DNA of 63,650 nt, filler included, from Octopus bimaculoides (Eukaryota): the NCBI RefSeq assembly GCF_001194135.2. It is 4 parts of 3 records of this genome, joined end to end, with 100 filler letters (N's around TTAATTAATTAA, not from the genome) between each part and the next. Parts side by side here need not be neighbours in the genome. Positions count along the whole stretch, not along the records: positions 1 to 31,016 come from NC_068987.1; positions 31,117 to 48,143 come from NC_068983.1; 2 more parts are not named here. One strand, written 5' to 3'. Position 1 is the stretch's first letter; every line of letters begins with the position of its first letter. Under the pieces are notes generated by a model. That model was not told where the DNA came from. It did no database searches and saw only the letters and a list, made by a program, of their open reading frames with translations. Below are positions 23,017 through 35,845 of this stretch, piece by piece. A program made the translations under genes and the position numbers.

Positions 23017-26000
23017 CATAAATACATAAGTGATATATATATAGGAGTTACAGACAGACAGAAAGATACATACATATACATATATATACACGCATATATG
23101 TATGCGCATATGTGTTCTCAGTTTCAAAACCACAAAAAAATCATCTGTTGTAAATTTGTCTCAAAGGTGTGTTCGAAACATGTCGCCACAACCCTACATG
23201 CCACAAATGCATGCGACATAGAGAGTTATAAACAGGTCTAAGTTAGGTATAACATAAATTACAACCAAAAAATAAAAAAGAAAGGATATAGATAATAAGA
23301 CATTATCTACCATGGAACTAATATTAGATGTACTTCTAAACTATTAGTAGATGTAGCTCCATTAGTAAATAATTCTCATCTGACCATTGACTCCACAAAC
23401 TAGGAAATAAAAATACCATAAAACTCTTCTACTCTCATGTCAATAATATGTGACATATAATAGCATATTTCAGCCAGCACAAACTGAGGCAAATCTGCTA
23501 ATACATGCAGATAACAACATCCTTCACACAGCCATATTTTACGTCTCTGCTATGACTAATATTACATTAGATGTATTATTATCAGATCATGGACGCCCAC
23601 TATTACACGGCTATATGCATTTCTGTCTTGTTATTCCTTCTACAATCGAGAACACTAAAGAGAGATAACCCTGAGTTGACAGAAAGCTGTAGTTTATAAT
23701 GAACTACTGAAAACTAGCGACTGATTTGTGACGAGCTGATCTTCCATATATCTTCTTTAAATTTCTATAATTATGGCATATGTGTGTGAGTTTTTGATTT
23801 TTATATATTTAAGATAAATTAATTTAACATCAATGCTTTTGATATAATCCCATTCGTTTATGCATTATGTAGTTTATTTCTTTAATACTCGTATATATAT
23901 ATCAACATCGGTAATATCTCAGATTCAATCTTTAAACACATTTATGAGCATTTATATCATGCATTTTGGTAGTAATTCTTATATATGCGTTGTAATTGCT
24001 ACATTATTTTCCTACTATTAGCTAGTATCTTGTTTGTTATAAGTAGTGCCTTTGTTCATTTAAACTAATTAGTCTAATATTTATATTTTCATTGCATTTT
24101 CCAAAGTTTTCTAACTGCTTTTAGCAATTCAATAGTTCTGTTTATCAAACATCATCATATAATATGGTTTTCCTTTACATACAACACACACACACATGCA
24201 TGTGTGTATGTATGTAAGCATGTATGTATGTATGTATGCATGTATGTGTGTATGTATACATGCATGTGTGTATTTATGCATGCATGCATGTATGTATGTA
24301 TGCATGTATGTATGTATGCATGTATGTATGGATATCAGTGTAATTCAAATCTAGTACTAATCATAACGTGATTTCCTATAGAGTTACTGCATATAAACTT
24401 ATCGTACATTTCATTTCTACCAACATCTACGTACGCAATGAGTTTAGGAAGTGGCACTCACACACACACACAGCAGCACACACACACACAACAACAACAA
24501 CAAGACACACATTCACAAACACACACACAAGCGCTTATATATNNNNNNNNNNNNNNNNNNNNNNNNNNNNNNNNNNNNNNNNNNNNNNNNNNNNNNNNNN
24601 NNNNNNNNNNNNNNNNNNNNNNNNNNNNNNNNNNNNNNNNNNNNNNNNNNNNNNNNNNNNNNNNNNNNNNNNNNNNNNNNNNNNNNNNNNNNNNNNNNNN
24701 NNNNNNNNNNNNNNNNNNATATATATATTTATATAGATATATATATATGCCTTTGAATACTCTTTCATATAATTCCCATTCGATACATCAACCTTCTCTT
24801 GGAATAGAAAAATCATTGGTACATTTCAGTCCATTTTCTAGATACATAAATCATGGAAATATTATTTCTAGAAAGAATAGCGACCTGTTAACTCTAAATA
24901 CCCTCCTTCATTACTTTCTTCCAATTTTTAGTAAGGAATTTAGTGTCTATTAAGCTTTACAAAGTTTCCGGAGGAGGATAAGAAGTAGTCAGACCGGAGA
25001 TAGTTTTGAATTCCCTAAATATCTCCATCACATCAAGTGGTATTGTTAAAACTGACCGAGGAGTAAGTCTCCTACCTAAGTAGATGATGCGATTTGAGCT
25101 CACCTAGAATATATATAATGCAATGCAATCGATCCGAATTTCATACTGTTCCTGCCAATCATACACCCTAGTTTTGTATGTTTTGCGACCACACAATGAC
25201 TAAAGGTGGAGATGGATTCGTTGACATGATCAGAGAGTCCGAAGGTATACGACCAAGCATTTCTTCGGATAATCTATTAACTTTTAGAATTCGTTGCTTT
25301 GACTCTTTCCCTAAACTTTCCTTTCACCTCTCCTTTCCTGACCAGTATACTTAATGATTTTCATGACAAACTATTTATTCAAATTACTTCCACGCTGATT
25401 CTAAATGAAGATTACGTCAATGCTACGAGTGTATGTTGTGTGTTCAGCTACTTTCACTCTCATTCAATACGACGTTTAATCAGTTGATTGGCCATGTGAG
25501 TTCTCATTGACGAAATCGACGGATATCCAGCTATTTGTTACATACTTATCACCACAATGCATTGCCAAAATATATAATCATTAACATTGTTGGTGGTTAT
25601 GTATGAGTTTCTCTTTGTCTTCTAATAGTTTCAGTCACTGAGTCAAGAACCAATATGTGGCAATGCTTTCTTGACTCTTTAGTTTATTATACAGGTATTA
25701 GTATTTTGCCAGGTTTTCAAACATTCGCTCTCGTAAGACACGAACATGTGCAGTGCACAATGACATGAAGGAATATATTACAATAGGGCACGAACGCCAC
25801 AACGCATTCCCATGTCAATGGCTTTTTTTATACGATGATCTCGCGTCAATCAAATTTCATCGCAAACATTGACTCACTTAGTCATCGGGTAAAATATACT
25901 TGCCGAAATATTTGCGATATGTGGTCGAACTAGGAACTATGGTATCACGAATCGAAACATTTAACCATACAGCCAAGCTAGTTTTCATTATAGTTCTCAA

Positions 26001-29000
26001 TTTAAATCATTTTATTGCGTACAATCTTCCGTATTCTACTTAATCAATGTTGTAGACAATACAATTAAACACCTCCCACCTTTTCTAAACACTATTATAA
26101 ACGTCATATGTGGCTACCATTTCCACTTACAACAAAACCCACATGAGATTCTGATTTGCTCCTTAAGCTATAAAATTAACTTGCAGTATTGTTGCAATAA
26201 AAATTGAATTTTTAAAAATCTTTATTTTTAATATATATTTTTGATTTTATTTAGAAATAAAATAAAAATACAAAGAGTTAAAATGCGTAAAAGCCATCAA
26301 CATTTTAACGTCACTGACAGATCGACTCCTTTGAAAGGTCTGAGGAGAAACTTTTAATTAAAGCGGCAATATTTTAATGTTGAAATTCAGTATTATTAGC
26401 ATGCGCTGTTTCTAAAGTCATAAGGCGTTGGAACTTGTTTTCAAAACAATCAAAATCAGACATTTCAATTTTCACTTAACAATTAAAGAAAATATCATAC
26501 TAAATAAATAAATGAATAAATAAAATGCAAAACCAATATTTGTTTCTATATTCTTACAATAATATTATGTTGCAATATGTGGTGAGTTGTTAAAAACAGT
26601 AGAAAATCAGATTAAATTACTTGTAATATTTATTTTTCATCTCTCTCCTCCGCGTTTGCATTACTCGATTTTATCAATTTCAATATTCACACGACCCTGT
26701 ATGTCTACAATATGTGGGTATACAATACAAATCGTTCCTATGGAATTCGTGTTTGGTATGCAAGTAAAAAAATATGATACTGTGAACTAATGACACGGAT
26801 TTGGATGTCGAACACTTAAATCATTAACTGTTAATTCATTATTAGTTGGAGGGAAAACAATTAATATCTTGCGTCTTTTTGTTTGAAATTCTCCAAGACA
26901 AGGGGTGATAATGCCAAGAAATTTCGACATTCTTTGATAGTTCATTTACTGGCTTATTGGAAAATATGAGCTTATAAACAGATTGATCTGATAGTCAACA
27001 TTTTTACATGAACTGTATAAAATATGAATAAGATGTGCCTATATAATTTACAAAGACAAAAAAAGTGAGTTTTATGAGAATTAATTAAAATGAGGCAATT
27101 GTTACATTTGGAGCTAAAGAAGATGCATTAAATGCTTTATATAAACCTCTTCTTTAACTGAAAGTTCATTCATCATTAGAAAAAGAACAGGTAAAAATAG
27201 AGACCATTGTTAGCGACTCTACGGCTTCAAGAAATTAGGAGTTGATCTCTCAAAACTATTTTGGATACTTAGGAGGAGTGATCTTTGGTTGTGGTTAAAG
27301 TGAGTAAGATACAAATGCTTGTCACTATATTAAATTTTTTTAGCATTTTCTACTTGAGCCTGTTTGCCTAGGTAACAAAGAATTCTTCTTATGAAAAATA
27401 ATTAGAAATCAATTTTGACGTGTATAATTTTGACAATTAAAAAACATAATTGGTTTTACTTTTTTCTTACATAGGGCGTTCCATAAATCATACTACATTC
27501 TATGCACCGATGAATACATTTTTATTAGATTTAGAATCGCAAAAAATTTGGAATAAATGCGTTGCTCTTTTTCTATTTCTGCATGACATTCAGTAGTTAG
27601 CGCTTAAAATTATTTATGAAAACCTATATCAATGACTAAAAGATTCCCTTATGACATGTACTTCCTTTAAATTATGCAAATAAGACGGGACAAAATTTAT
27701 TGCATCTTATTTTCTAAATGCAAACATCTTTTCCGTTTGTCAAGTGAACTATATTAGGCTGATTATGCGTGATAGACCGAAAGAACTAGCTGAAACGTCT
27801 GCATTGATAACTTTTACATGATTAAGTATGTTTACTTTGAAACTAACGTATGAATGCCACGGAAAGAGTTCTTTGTACACTCGTTCTATTCTCTGTAATT
27901 TATCATTTATGAAATACTTAGATACAAAGTAATATTTATGAGTATATATCGACGTCACACTAATTACCTTCTATTTAATTTTATGTTTTCTTTGACAAAG
28001 ATTTATTGTCGAACTCTATAACGTTCAAACATTAGAAGGCATATTGTTTCACAACTGGATTAAGTGCATGTTCTGTTTTTATGCAAATTTTCAATGTTTA
28101 GAAATGGTGTTCAATTATTTACTTCCTATTTGTAATCTACGATGGTACCAGTGAATTTCATTGAATTGGTAATTCCTAATTTCTAACAATTGTGTTACTT
28201 TAATTTAAATGTCTCTAACAACCGTCGTTAAATTTCCTTTCCCTAACTAGTCGGAAAATTGCTATTAACCAAATATTTTGCCACTAGCCTTCTGTTCGAC
28301 ATTTCTTAGCATTTATCCAAATTTATTCATGCCATTGGCACTTGTTCTTTAGCATCTTTACCGTACTTTGCTCTTTAATTACTCAGACGTGTCCATATTT
28401 GACTGTTGCCTACAATCAAAGGTCAGACTTTGCCCTAAACAGCTAAATTAAATTTGAGAGCATCATTCTTAATGTTTTGAAATTAACAACCCTTACTGGA
28501 AGAGGTGCTACCATTTGCTGCTATAATTTATTTCTTCTTTCTCCAAGAAAATTTCTATTAACTACAATTTTTGCGTATGGCGTTCGGTTCATCCTTATTT
28601 AATGATGCTATAATGACTGCATAAACATCTTAGAGACACTATTAACTTGAAGAGAGATGAGGAGGCGTCAGGATTTTTGGTGTTTTAATTATCACAATTT
28701 ACTTACACCGGTCGTTTAATTCTAAGAAATTAACTATGGAAAAGAAAATTTGAGATATTATGAATCTTTTGCAATCCAACTCCCTGACCACAATTTTTTC
28801 TGTTTAGAAATTAAAATGTTGGAGAGCCTGAGAAGGTAATTGCTGGCATTTATCCACAGTGAATTTTAAAAAATTACGGAGATGTACTTGTATAGCAAGT
28901 AACTTGATTTGAGATCGTGTACTAAAACAAAACTATTGCAGCATGGAAGATGTTTGTAAACCATTCAAGAACATAAAAATACCGTTAGTTTCACTTCAAT

Positions 29001-31016
29001 ATTAAAACTTCATTTGTGTAAAAATATTTGCGTCGCTTTGAAACCGCAACCTCACTAACAAAACTTCACAAAAGTGATGCAGCACGAAGTTTTGTCAGTG
29101 AACAGCACACACACACATACACACACACACGCACGCGCATGCATGCGCGCGCCTTTCATTTGCGTGTATGTGTATCTATATGTGTGCGCGAGTGTGTTGA
29201 AGTATTTGGAAAGTGAAAAAGGTGCAAAAGTCGGTAACGTTTAGATTTTTTCTCCCCGTCTTCTAATAGTAATTAACCAAATTTCTACGCTCTTTCCACA
29301 GGTATCCCGTGTTCAAAAATTATTCGGGTATTTTTTTAACATTTTCATTCAATACATAATGCTTTTACACTACGCATAAGTTCATAGCGAATTAAAACTT
29401 AAAAGAGAAAGTGAGAGATTTTGCAAATAAAAATAGAAGCCTCCGCAGTGAATGCAATAAATATTTAAATTTAGGATGAATTGGACGCAATGAATATTTA
29501 AATTTGCTAGAAATTGGTGTTAAAACTTGAGAAATCGAAATTACAGGAAATTTCTTAGAACAAGAATTTATAACAATATTTCCAAACGGTCAACCCTTAG
29601 ATAATAACTTTCTTTTAGTACGTTTAATAATTGTTACATACCTAAATAAGCAGCTTTCTACGTTATAGTATAGATTACATTATGAAGAATCTATCGTTTG
29701 TAAAATTATTATTCGTGTATATTATCCGTTTATCATTGGCTCTAGAACAATTGCTACAAATACACATCATGACAGACACGATCCTCTTTTACTCTTTATA
29801 AGCGACTCTAAGTTTAATGCGCAAACAACATCTATATGTACCCCTGCCAAACTTGCACAATACGTCTAACTCAGTTTGTTAATTATAAATGTCATTGAAA
29901 TTATTTTCAACTAGAAACTGACATTATTAAATATATCTTAGAAACAATATTCTACAGACAAAATAATTTCAGATATGTTATATATCGTATAACTTCCAAT
30001 CTTGTACGAATTTTAATGGTTGTTAGACATAGGTAAGATATCCAAAATTGCAACCGAGACACGAGACGTCTAATATAAAACCATGATCATAGCGTGATGA
30101 AGCCTTTATCAGTAACCAATTTTAGAAACTTCCAACATAACTACACTTAGATTTTATCTGTAACATTCCTTCTAGCTTACTCACAAACAGCTAACACCAC
30201 TTGAAATAAAAGACCATCCAGTGGATTTGAAACTTTGCAAATACTTCGCAATGTTTGCTAGCAATATACTATCTGAGATTAAGTCCCACGGATGTCACTT
30301 TTGCCTTTCATATCTCCCAAACCGCTACAATATAGCAGGTATGACCGACTTAGATCTCCTCAAAACTGTAGGCCTTGTGACTTAGTTAGAAACAGTTATA
30401 ATACAGGTGTTCTGCTGTCTTCACATTAGTTCTTTCGAATACTCAAAAAGCACTTGAAATAGTAAGCTGTGTGCCACGTGGATCCTGCCACAGCATTCTA
30501 TTCGATTTGTCATCCCTACCCTGACGCACCTATACAAATTCTCAATAATAACTCCATTATTCCTTCCTAGATTCATTAAATCAAGAAATCTCTGCACTGA
30601 TTTTTTTCTCCTACAAGTGTCATATTAGTTACATTCACCTAATTAATCTAATACAGGGTGTACACGCTTTGAGCACCAGTGTTCATTTTTCGATCAAATA
30701 ATTATGATCATGATGACGACGATGACGACGACGACGACAATGAAAATGACGATAATGAAGACGATATCGTTGATAACGACGACGACGACGATGGTGATGA
30801 TGATGATGATGATGATGATGATGAGTAGGAGGAGGAGGAGAGGAGGAGGAGAGGAGGAGGATTATGACGATGGTGATGGCGACGATGGTGATGATGAGGA
30901 GAACAAGGGCAGGAGAATGGCAAGAAGTGGGAAGGAGGGCAGGAGGGCAGGAGGTCAGGAAGAAGTGGAGAGGAAGAAGAAGAAGAAGAAGACGAAAGAT
31001 TTTAGATCCTATTTCT

Positions 31017-31116
31017 NNNNNNNNNNNNNNNNNNNNNNNNNNNNNNNNNNNNNNNNNNNNTTAATTAATTAANNNNNNNNNNNNNNNNNNNNNNNNNNNN
31101 NNNNNNNNNNNNNNNN
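31017..31116. other. Artificial scaffold-join linker 44N-TTAATTAATTAA-44N
   Basis: Exactly 100 bp. An identical structure occurs at 48144-48243 and 50300-50399. Confidence 0.95.
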
Positions 31117-31525
31117 GTTTAACGTCCGCTTTCCATGCTGGCATGGGTTGGACGATTTGATTGAGGACTGGTGAAACCGGATGGCTACACCAGGCTCCAA
31201 TCTGATTTGGCAGAGTTTCTACAGCTGGATGCCCTTCCTAATGCCAGCACTCCAAGAGTGTAGTGGGTGCTTTTATGTGTCACCTGCATGAGGGCCAGTC
31301 AGGTCAGGCGGTACTGGCAACGGCCACGCTCAAAATGGTGTCTTTTATGTGCCACCCGCACAAGAGCCAGTCCAGCGGCACTGGCAACGATCTCGCTCGA
31401 AAATCCTATGAAGGCCAGTCAGGCGGTACTGGCAACGGCCACGCTCAAAATAGTGCATCCCATGTGCCACCCGCACAAAAGCCAGTCCAGGGGCACTGGC
31501 AACGATCTCACTTGGCTTGCCGGGT
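31117..31525 (-). mobile_element. Non-autonomous retroelement with RTE-like 3' tail and internal repeated gccagtc..ctggcaacg units
   Basis: gtttaacgtccgctttccatgctggcatgggttggacg matches 35190-35230. The ggatgcccttcctaa motif is present, with internal units repeated at least four times. Confidence 0.7.
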
Positions 31526-31654
31526 CTTACACACACACATACACACATACAGATACGCACACACCACTATATAAAAATGGTGGTGGCCATACATCTTGTT
31601 TTGAAGGTGGTTTAGCTGCTGTTTTGAGCAGGTCAAAGGATCAAACAGTCTCCC

Positions 31655-31882
31655 TTAACCCTTTTGATACCAAACTGTCTGAGATCACCCCTGGTTCTGT
31701 GACACAAACTTCCTATTTTATAGTGATTTAAATGAAAATCTTTCATCAAAATTTCATGTCAACTTATGTTCCAAATACCAGGTTAACAATGACAGTTAAT
31801 TTGCTTAGTACTTCATTATTTTCAAAATTAATCAAAACAGAGGCAGTGTGTTGCAACAGAAATGTGCTAACAAAAGAGTTAA
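31655..31882. mobile_element. piggyBac-like MITE
   Basis: TTAA-cccttttg ... caaaagag-TTAA: TTAA at both ends, 7 of 8 TIR positions match. Confidence 0.6.
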
Positions 31883-32009
31883 TGACTAACAGTATAGTTG
31901 TCAACCTAATTCACTGCACTTCCTCTCCTAAAAATACTGTGTTTGTGCTGAGTTGAAACAAAAATCAGAATTGTATGGTATTACCATAATTATTATAATG
32001 ATATTGTAT

Positions 32010-32260
32010 AAAGGCAGTAAGCTGACAGAATCATTAGTAAGCCAGACAAAATGCTCAGCAGAATTTCTTCTTGTTTTATGTTCTGAGTTCAAATTTCACT
32101 GAAGTTGACTTTACCTTTCATTGATAAAGTAAATAACAGGGTCGATAAAATAAATACCAGGGTTGATAAAATAAATACCAGTCAAGTACTTGGGTCAATG
32201 AAATTGATAATCCCGTCCCTCTAAAATTGCTGGCCATGTGCCTATAATAGAAAGGATTAT
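32010..32260 (+). mobile_element. SINE family A, CpG-depleted, with a small internal duplication
   Basis: aagctgacagaatcattag..gttctgagttcaaattt..; aggg(tc/tt)gataaaataaatacca occurs twice. Confidence 0.75.
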
Positions 32261-32502
32261 AATGATATTGAATATAAGGCATTGGATTTGGGATAAAATC
32301 TTCCAGATTTTTACATTCCTGAAAAAGAATTCAAGTCTCACCAAGGTCAATATTGCCTTTCATCCTCTTAGGGTTGATAAAATAAAGTATCAGTGTAGTA
32401 TTGGGGTTGATGATATCACTTAAGCCCGCATTTCAATTCTGATGGTCTTCTGCTTAAGTCAGATATTGAATTACCCATGTTATATTATTATTATTATATG
32501 AA

Positions 32503-33160
32503 GGCTTCTTGGAGGACTCCATCTCATCTGTCTCTGTCGTCAAGAATGTTGAAGTTGTTGATCGCTTCACTTATCTCAGCAGTGAGTTTCATAGCAGCAT
32601 TAGCTGTGAGTCTGAAGTCCTAAAAAGGCTTGGACGAGCTGCTGCAGTTATGGACTCACTGTACCAGGGTGTGTGGTGCTGCCAATAACTGTGCAGGACT
32701 ACGGTTCAGGTCTTTAGGTCTCTTGGTCCTCCCTGTCCTGCTCTATAGTTGTGAGACTTACTCACTGTCCAGGGTCTTAGAAGCTGCCTGAGCTCTTTTG
32801 GTATCAGGATGGTTTGCAAGATTATGGGTTACCATTGGTTTGATCTCATATCCAATCGATGCCTCTATTCAGAAACTTAGATGTATCCTTTTACTTGCTC
32901 AGACTGTTTGGCTATATTGCTTGATTTTCTGAGTTAGACCCTGTTGACTGTGTCCCCTTCACTGAGGATCTAGCTGGGTTGATGGCTTGTGTTGGTTGAC
33001 TGCATGCCACATGGTTACAGCAGATAAAGCGGTATCTCATGGAGATGAGGACTGACTAGGACCCCACTTGATGGGTCACCTGGGAAGACCCAGGAATATA
33101 CCGACAAATGGTGAATGCAGCAATGTGCTGCAATGGTGTGTGTCCCCACCCCACCTGACC
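32503..33160 (+). mobile_element. RTE-clade LINE 3' fragment, pseudogenised
   Basis: KNVEVVDRFTYLSSEFHSSISCESEVLKRLGRAAAVMDSLYQGVW..VQVFRSL.LPVLLYSCET, typical RTE post-RT region. It ends in cctgacc. Confidence 0.85.
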
Positions 33161-33185
33161 AGGCTTGATTATCATTATGTATGAT

Positions 33186-33390
33186 GATGAGCTGGCAGAA
33201 TTGTTAGTGCACTGGACAAAATGTTTAGTGGTATTTCTGCTAGCTCTTTATGTTCTGAGTTCAAATGTTGCCAGGGTCAAGTTTCCATTCATTCCTCCTG
33301 TGTTGATAAGTACCATTTGAGCACTGGCATTGATGTTATTGATTTATCCTCTCCTCTTAAAAATTACTGGCCTTGTGTCAAATTTAGAAA
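33186..33390 (+). mobile_element. SINE family A, CpG-depleted
   Basis: gagctggcagaattgttagtgcactggacaaaatgtttagtggtatttc. Confidence 0.8.
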
Positions 33391-34768
33391 CAATTATTAT
33401 ATATGATTTAAATGACCATATTATATATGAGGCGTTTAGTAACAGTGTTGTAAGTGCCACCCCAGCCATTTTCAAGGTTAGTATATTATTTTCTTTGTCT
33501 CAACATCTAGAATCCTAAAAAGTTGAGAGGAAGAACTGGTGGGGCTTGTAATAAGGTCAAAAATCCAGCTGAAAAAAATTGTACCTAGATGCTATTGACA
33601 CAACCCTTGCTCACCCAAACTTGGACCAGAGCGTTTAATAATGCACCATTGTAAACACACACGCTCAATTAATAACTTTGGTGTGGTCCCTGTATCAATT
33701 TTTGAGGTGTTATGGCTCATTTTCTAATATTCCTCATTACCATTGTAATGATAATGACTATTATCTTACTATATTATCTTACTTGCCTCTTAAAGATACT
33801 TACCTTGGTATATTAAAACACAAACAATACCTTTGTGGGGTCTCTGTATGTTTTTTCTAGGTATTATGACTAAAATATGTAATGCAATACACCATTTCGT
33901 AGTCCTGGTATATTCTACAAAATGAGAAAGATGCAGTTATTGTTTCATCTTTCAGATACATATGTAAATAAATAATTTTACATAGCTGGAATGATTAGAG
34001 GAGGTGTCTTCACGGTCATTTTAAGACCAAAACCAGTTTCCTAACTTCATTACTTGCTGAGATATTGCATTCTGAAAGTTGTGAAACTTTGACTGTGTTT
34101 TTCTTGGTTTTTAAGTTGTGGCGCTTATGACAGTCTGTTACTAAACACCTCATATGATGTGTGCATTTGTACAACTGTATGCTTGTTTGTACTCTTCAAA
34201 AGTCCCTGTGAGTGGTGGTGTTGTCACTTTTCCAGTCAACAACTTATCAACTCACTTTACACCTTTGTAGACATGAGAATTAAGAGATCCCTATTTGAAC
34301 TATAGGTAAGGGTGGTGACAGGAAGGATATCGTGCTGTAAAGTAATGCCTCAATAATATATTTGTCTAACCCATGCAAGCATAGAAAAATGAATGTAAAA
34401 ACAACAAATGAATGAAGAAATACATAGAAGCATGCATGCAAACATGTGCTGTTCCTAGGTCTGCGTTCTCATACAGAACTTAATCTCTCTGGAATTCCTT
34501 TCATGCTCATATTCTCCCTATATCTGTACACTTGCAGTTGTTTCAGAGAAACATCAACTCTGTTGATGTCACATGTTATGAAAGACCTTTGAAGGATGGT
34601 GGTGGGCAAAATTTACTGTATGCATATGTATGCATGTATATGTATAATCAATCAACAGTTATCTTTACCAGAAGGGATTATGATAAATCATTTTTCTTCA
34701 ATTGCTTTTGTCTTTTTATTTTATTTCTTTTTCCCTTTTTCTATATTTATTTGCTTTTTTTTTTGCAG

Positions 34769-34937
34769 ATGGATGAAAAAGAACTTTCCAGTCGACATGT
34801 GAAACCAAATTTCACAAAACTTAAAGATCTTGGCAACCAGTTAAGATCTCATTTAAAACTTGGCCTCTTTGGCATTGATGTCATTATTGAATGCGGGACC
34901 AATCGCTATGCCATTATTGATATCAACATATTTCCAG
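34769..34937 (+). CDS. ITPK1: Inositol-tetrakisphosphate 1-kinase, penultimate coding exon (ATP-grasp C-terminal part)
   Basis: Acceptor ttttttttttgcag|ATG and donor CCAG|gtaag. Translates MDEKELSSRHVKPNFTKLKDLGNQLRSHLKLGLFGIDVIIECGTNRYAIIDINIFPG, matching the ITPK1 motif LFGIDII..T...AVIDINAFPG. Phase 0 in, phase 1 out. Confidence 0.93.
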
Positions 34938-35159
34938 GTAAGCTACAAAAGGAATCTAACAGGTGTTCACTGCTCCCAACTTTTCTTTTTCTTTTCCCAC
35001 TTCTTTCCTTTTCCTCACCATTATCTCCTCTCATCCCAATCATTTTTGGCACTAACCTGAAGTTTCTGAAATTAGTGTTAGGATTGGTTTCTATCATTGA
35101 GGCTGCTGCCATGGTGAAGCAACACCTTGAGGGGTTTTAGTTGATCATATCACATTGTT

Positions 35160-35600
35160 TCATCATCATCATCATCATCATCATTATCGTTAAATGTCTG
35201 CTTTCCATGCTAGCATGGGTTGGACGATTTGACTGAGGACTGGCGAACCAGATGGCTACACCAGGCTCCAATCTGGTGTATTTTACGTGTCACCTGCACA
35301 GGAGCCAGTCTATCAGTACTGGCAACGATCTCGCTCAAATGTCTTTTCATGTGCCAGGAAGGTGACGTTGGTAACGATCACGCTGGTGCTATTTATGTGT
35401 CACCGGCACGGAAGCCAGACAGTGGCTCTGGCAACGATCACACTCGGACTGTGCTCTTAGTGCTCCACTGGTACAGGTACCATCACGATTTCGCTTTCGC
35501 TTGCACCAACAGGTCTTCGCAAGCTGAGTTTAGTGTTCCTACAAATTTAGTTCGATTTCGATTTCACTTGCCTCAACAGGTCTTCGCAAGCGGAGTTTAG
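35160..35600 (-). mobile_element. Second copy of the RTE-tailed non-autonomous element, with a (cat)n tail on +
   Basis: Colinear with 31117-31525 (gaggactgg.gaaacc.gatggctacaccaggctccaatctg). Confidence 0.75.
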
Positions 35601-35639
35601 TGACCAATGAAGGAATGTTACGTGTAAGTGGGCTGGCTA

Positions 35640-35845
35640 CATCCCTGACAGAGGCCTTGCAGATCCATCACTGGGTGAACTCCCCCAGCTATTGCTGGTG
35701 GAACTCATTTACAGCTGAGTGGGCTGGAACCAGATGAAATGAAGTGTTTTGCTCAAGAACACATTACACTACTTGGTCAAGGATTGAAACCACCATCTTG
35801 AGGTTGTGACTGCAACTCCCTAACCACTAAGCCACATACCTTCAC
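35640..35845 (-). mobile_element. tRNA-headed SINE related to family C, CpG-depleted
   Basis: The minus strand reads gtgaagg.atgtggcttagtggttaggg..gttcttgagcaaaacactt..ccagcccactcagctgtaaatgagt; compare 52939. Confidence 0.7.

Noticed and set aside
30704-31016. Poly-Met/Asp/Glu/Arg ORFs
   Set aside because: These are (GAT/GAC/GAG/AAG)n trinucleotide repeats at a contig end, with no splice or homology support.
31230-31525. CRISPR-like repeat-spacer pattern (also 18690-19075)
   Set aside because: The units are degenerate internal repeats of a eukaryotic element, with non-unique spacers and no cas genes.
34532-34768. N-terminal part of the 202-aa ORF as ITPK1 coding sequence
   Set aside because: It has no ITPK1 similarity in any frame and contains the polypyrimidine tract; it is intronic. 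The part after 34937 is intronic too.
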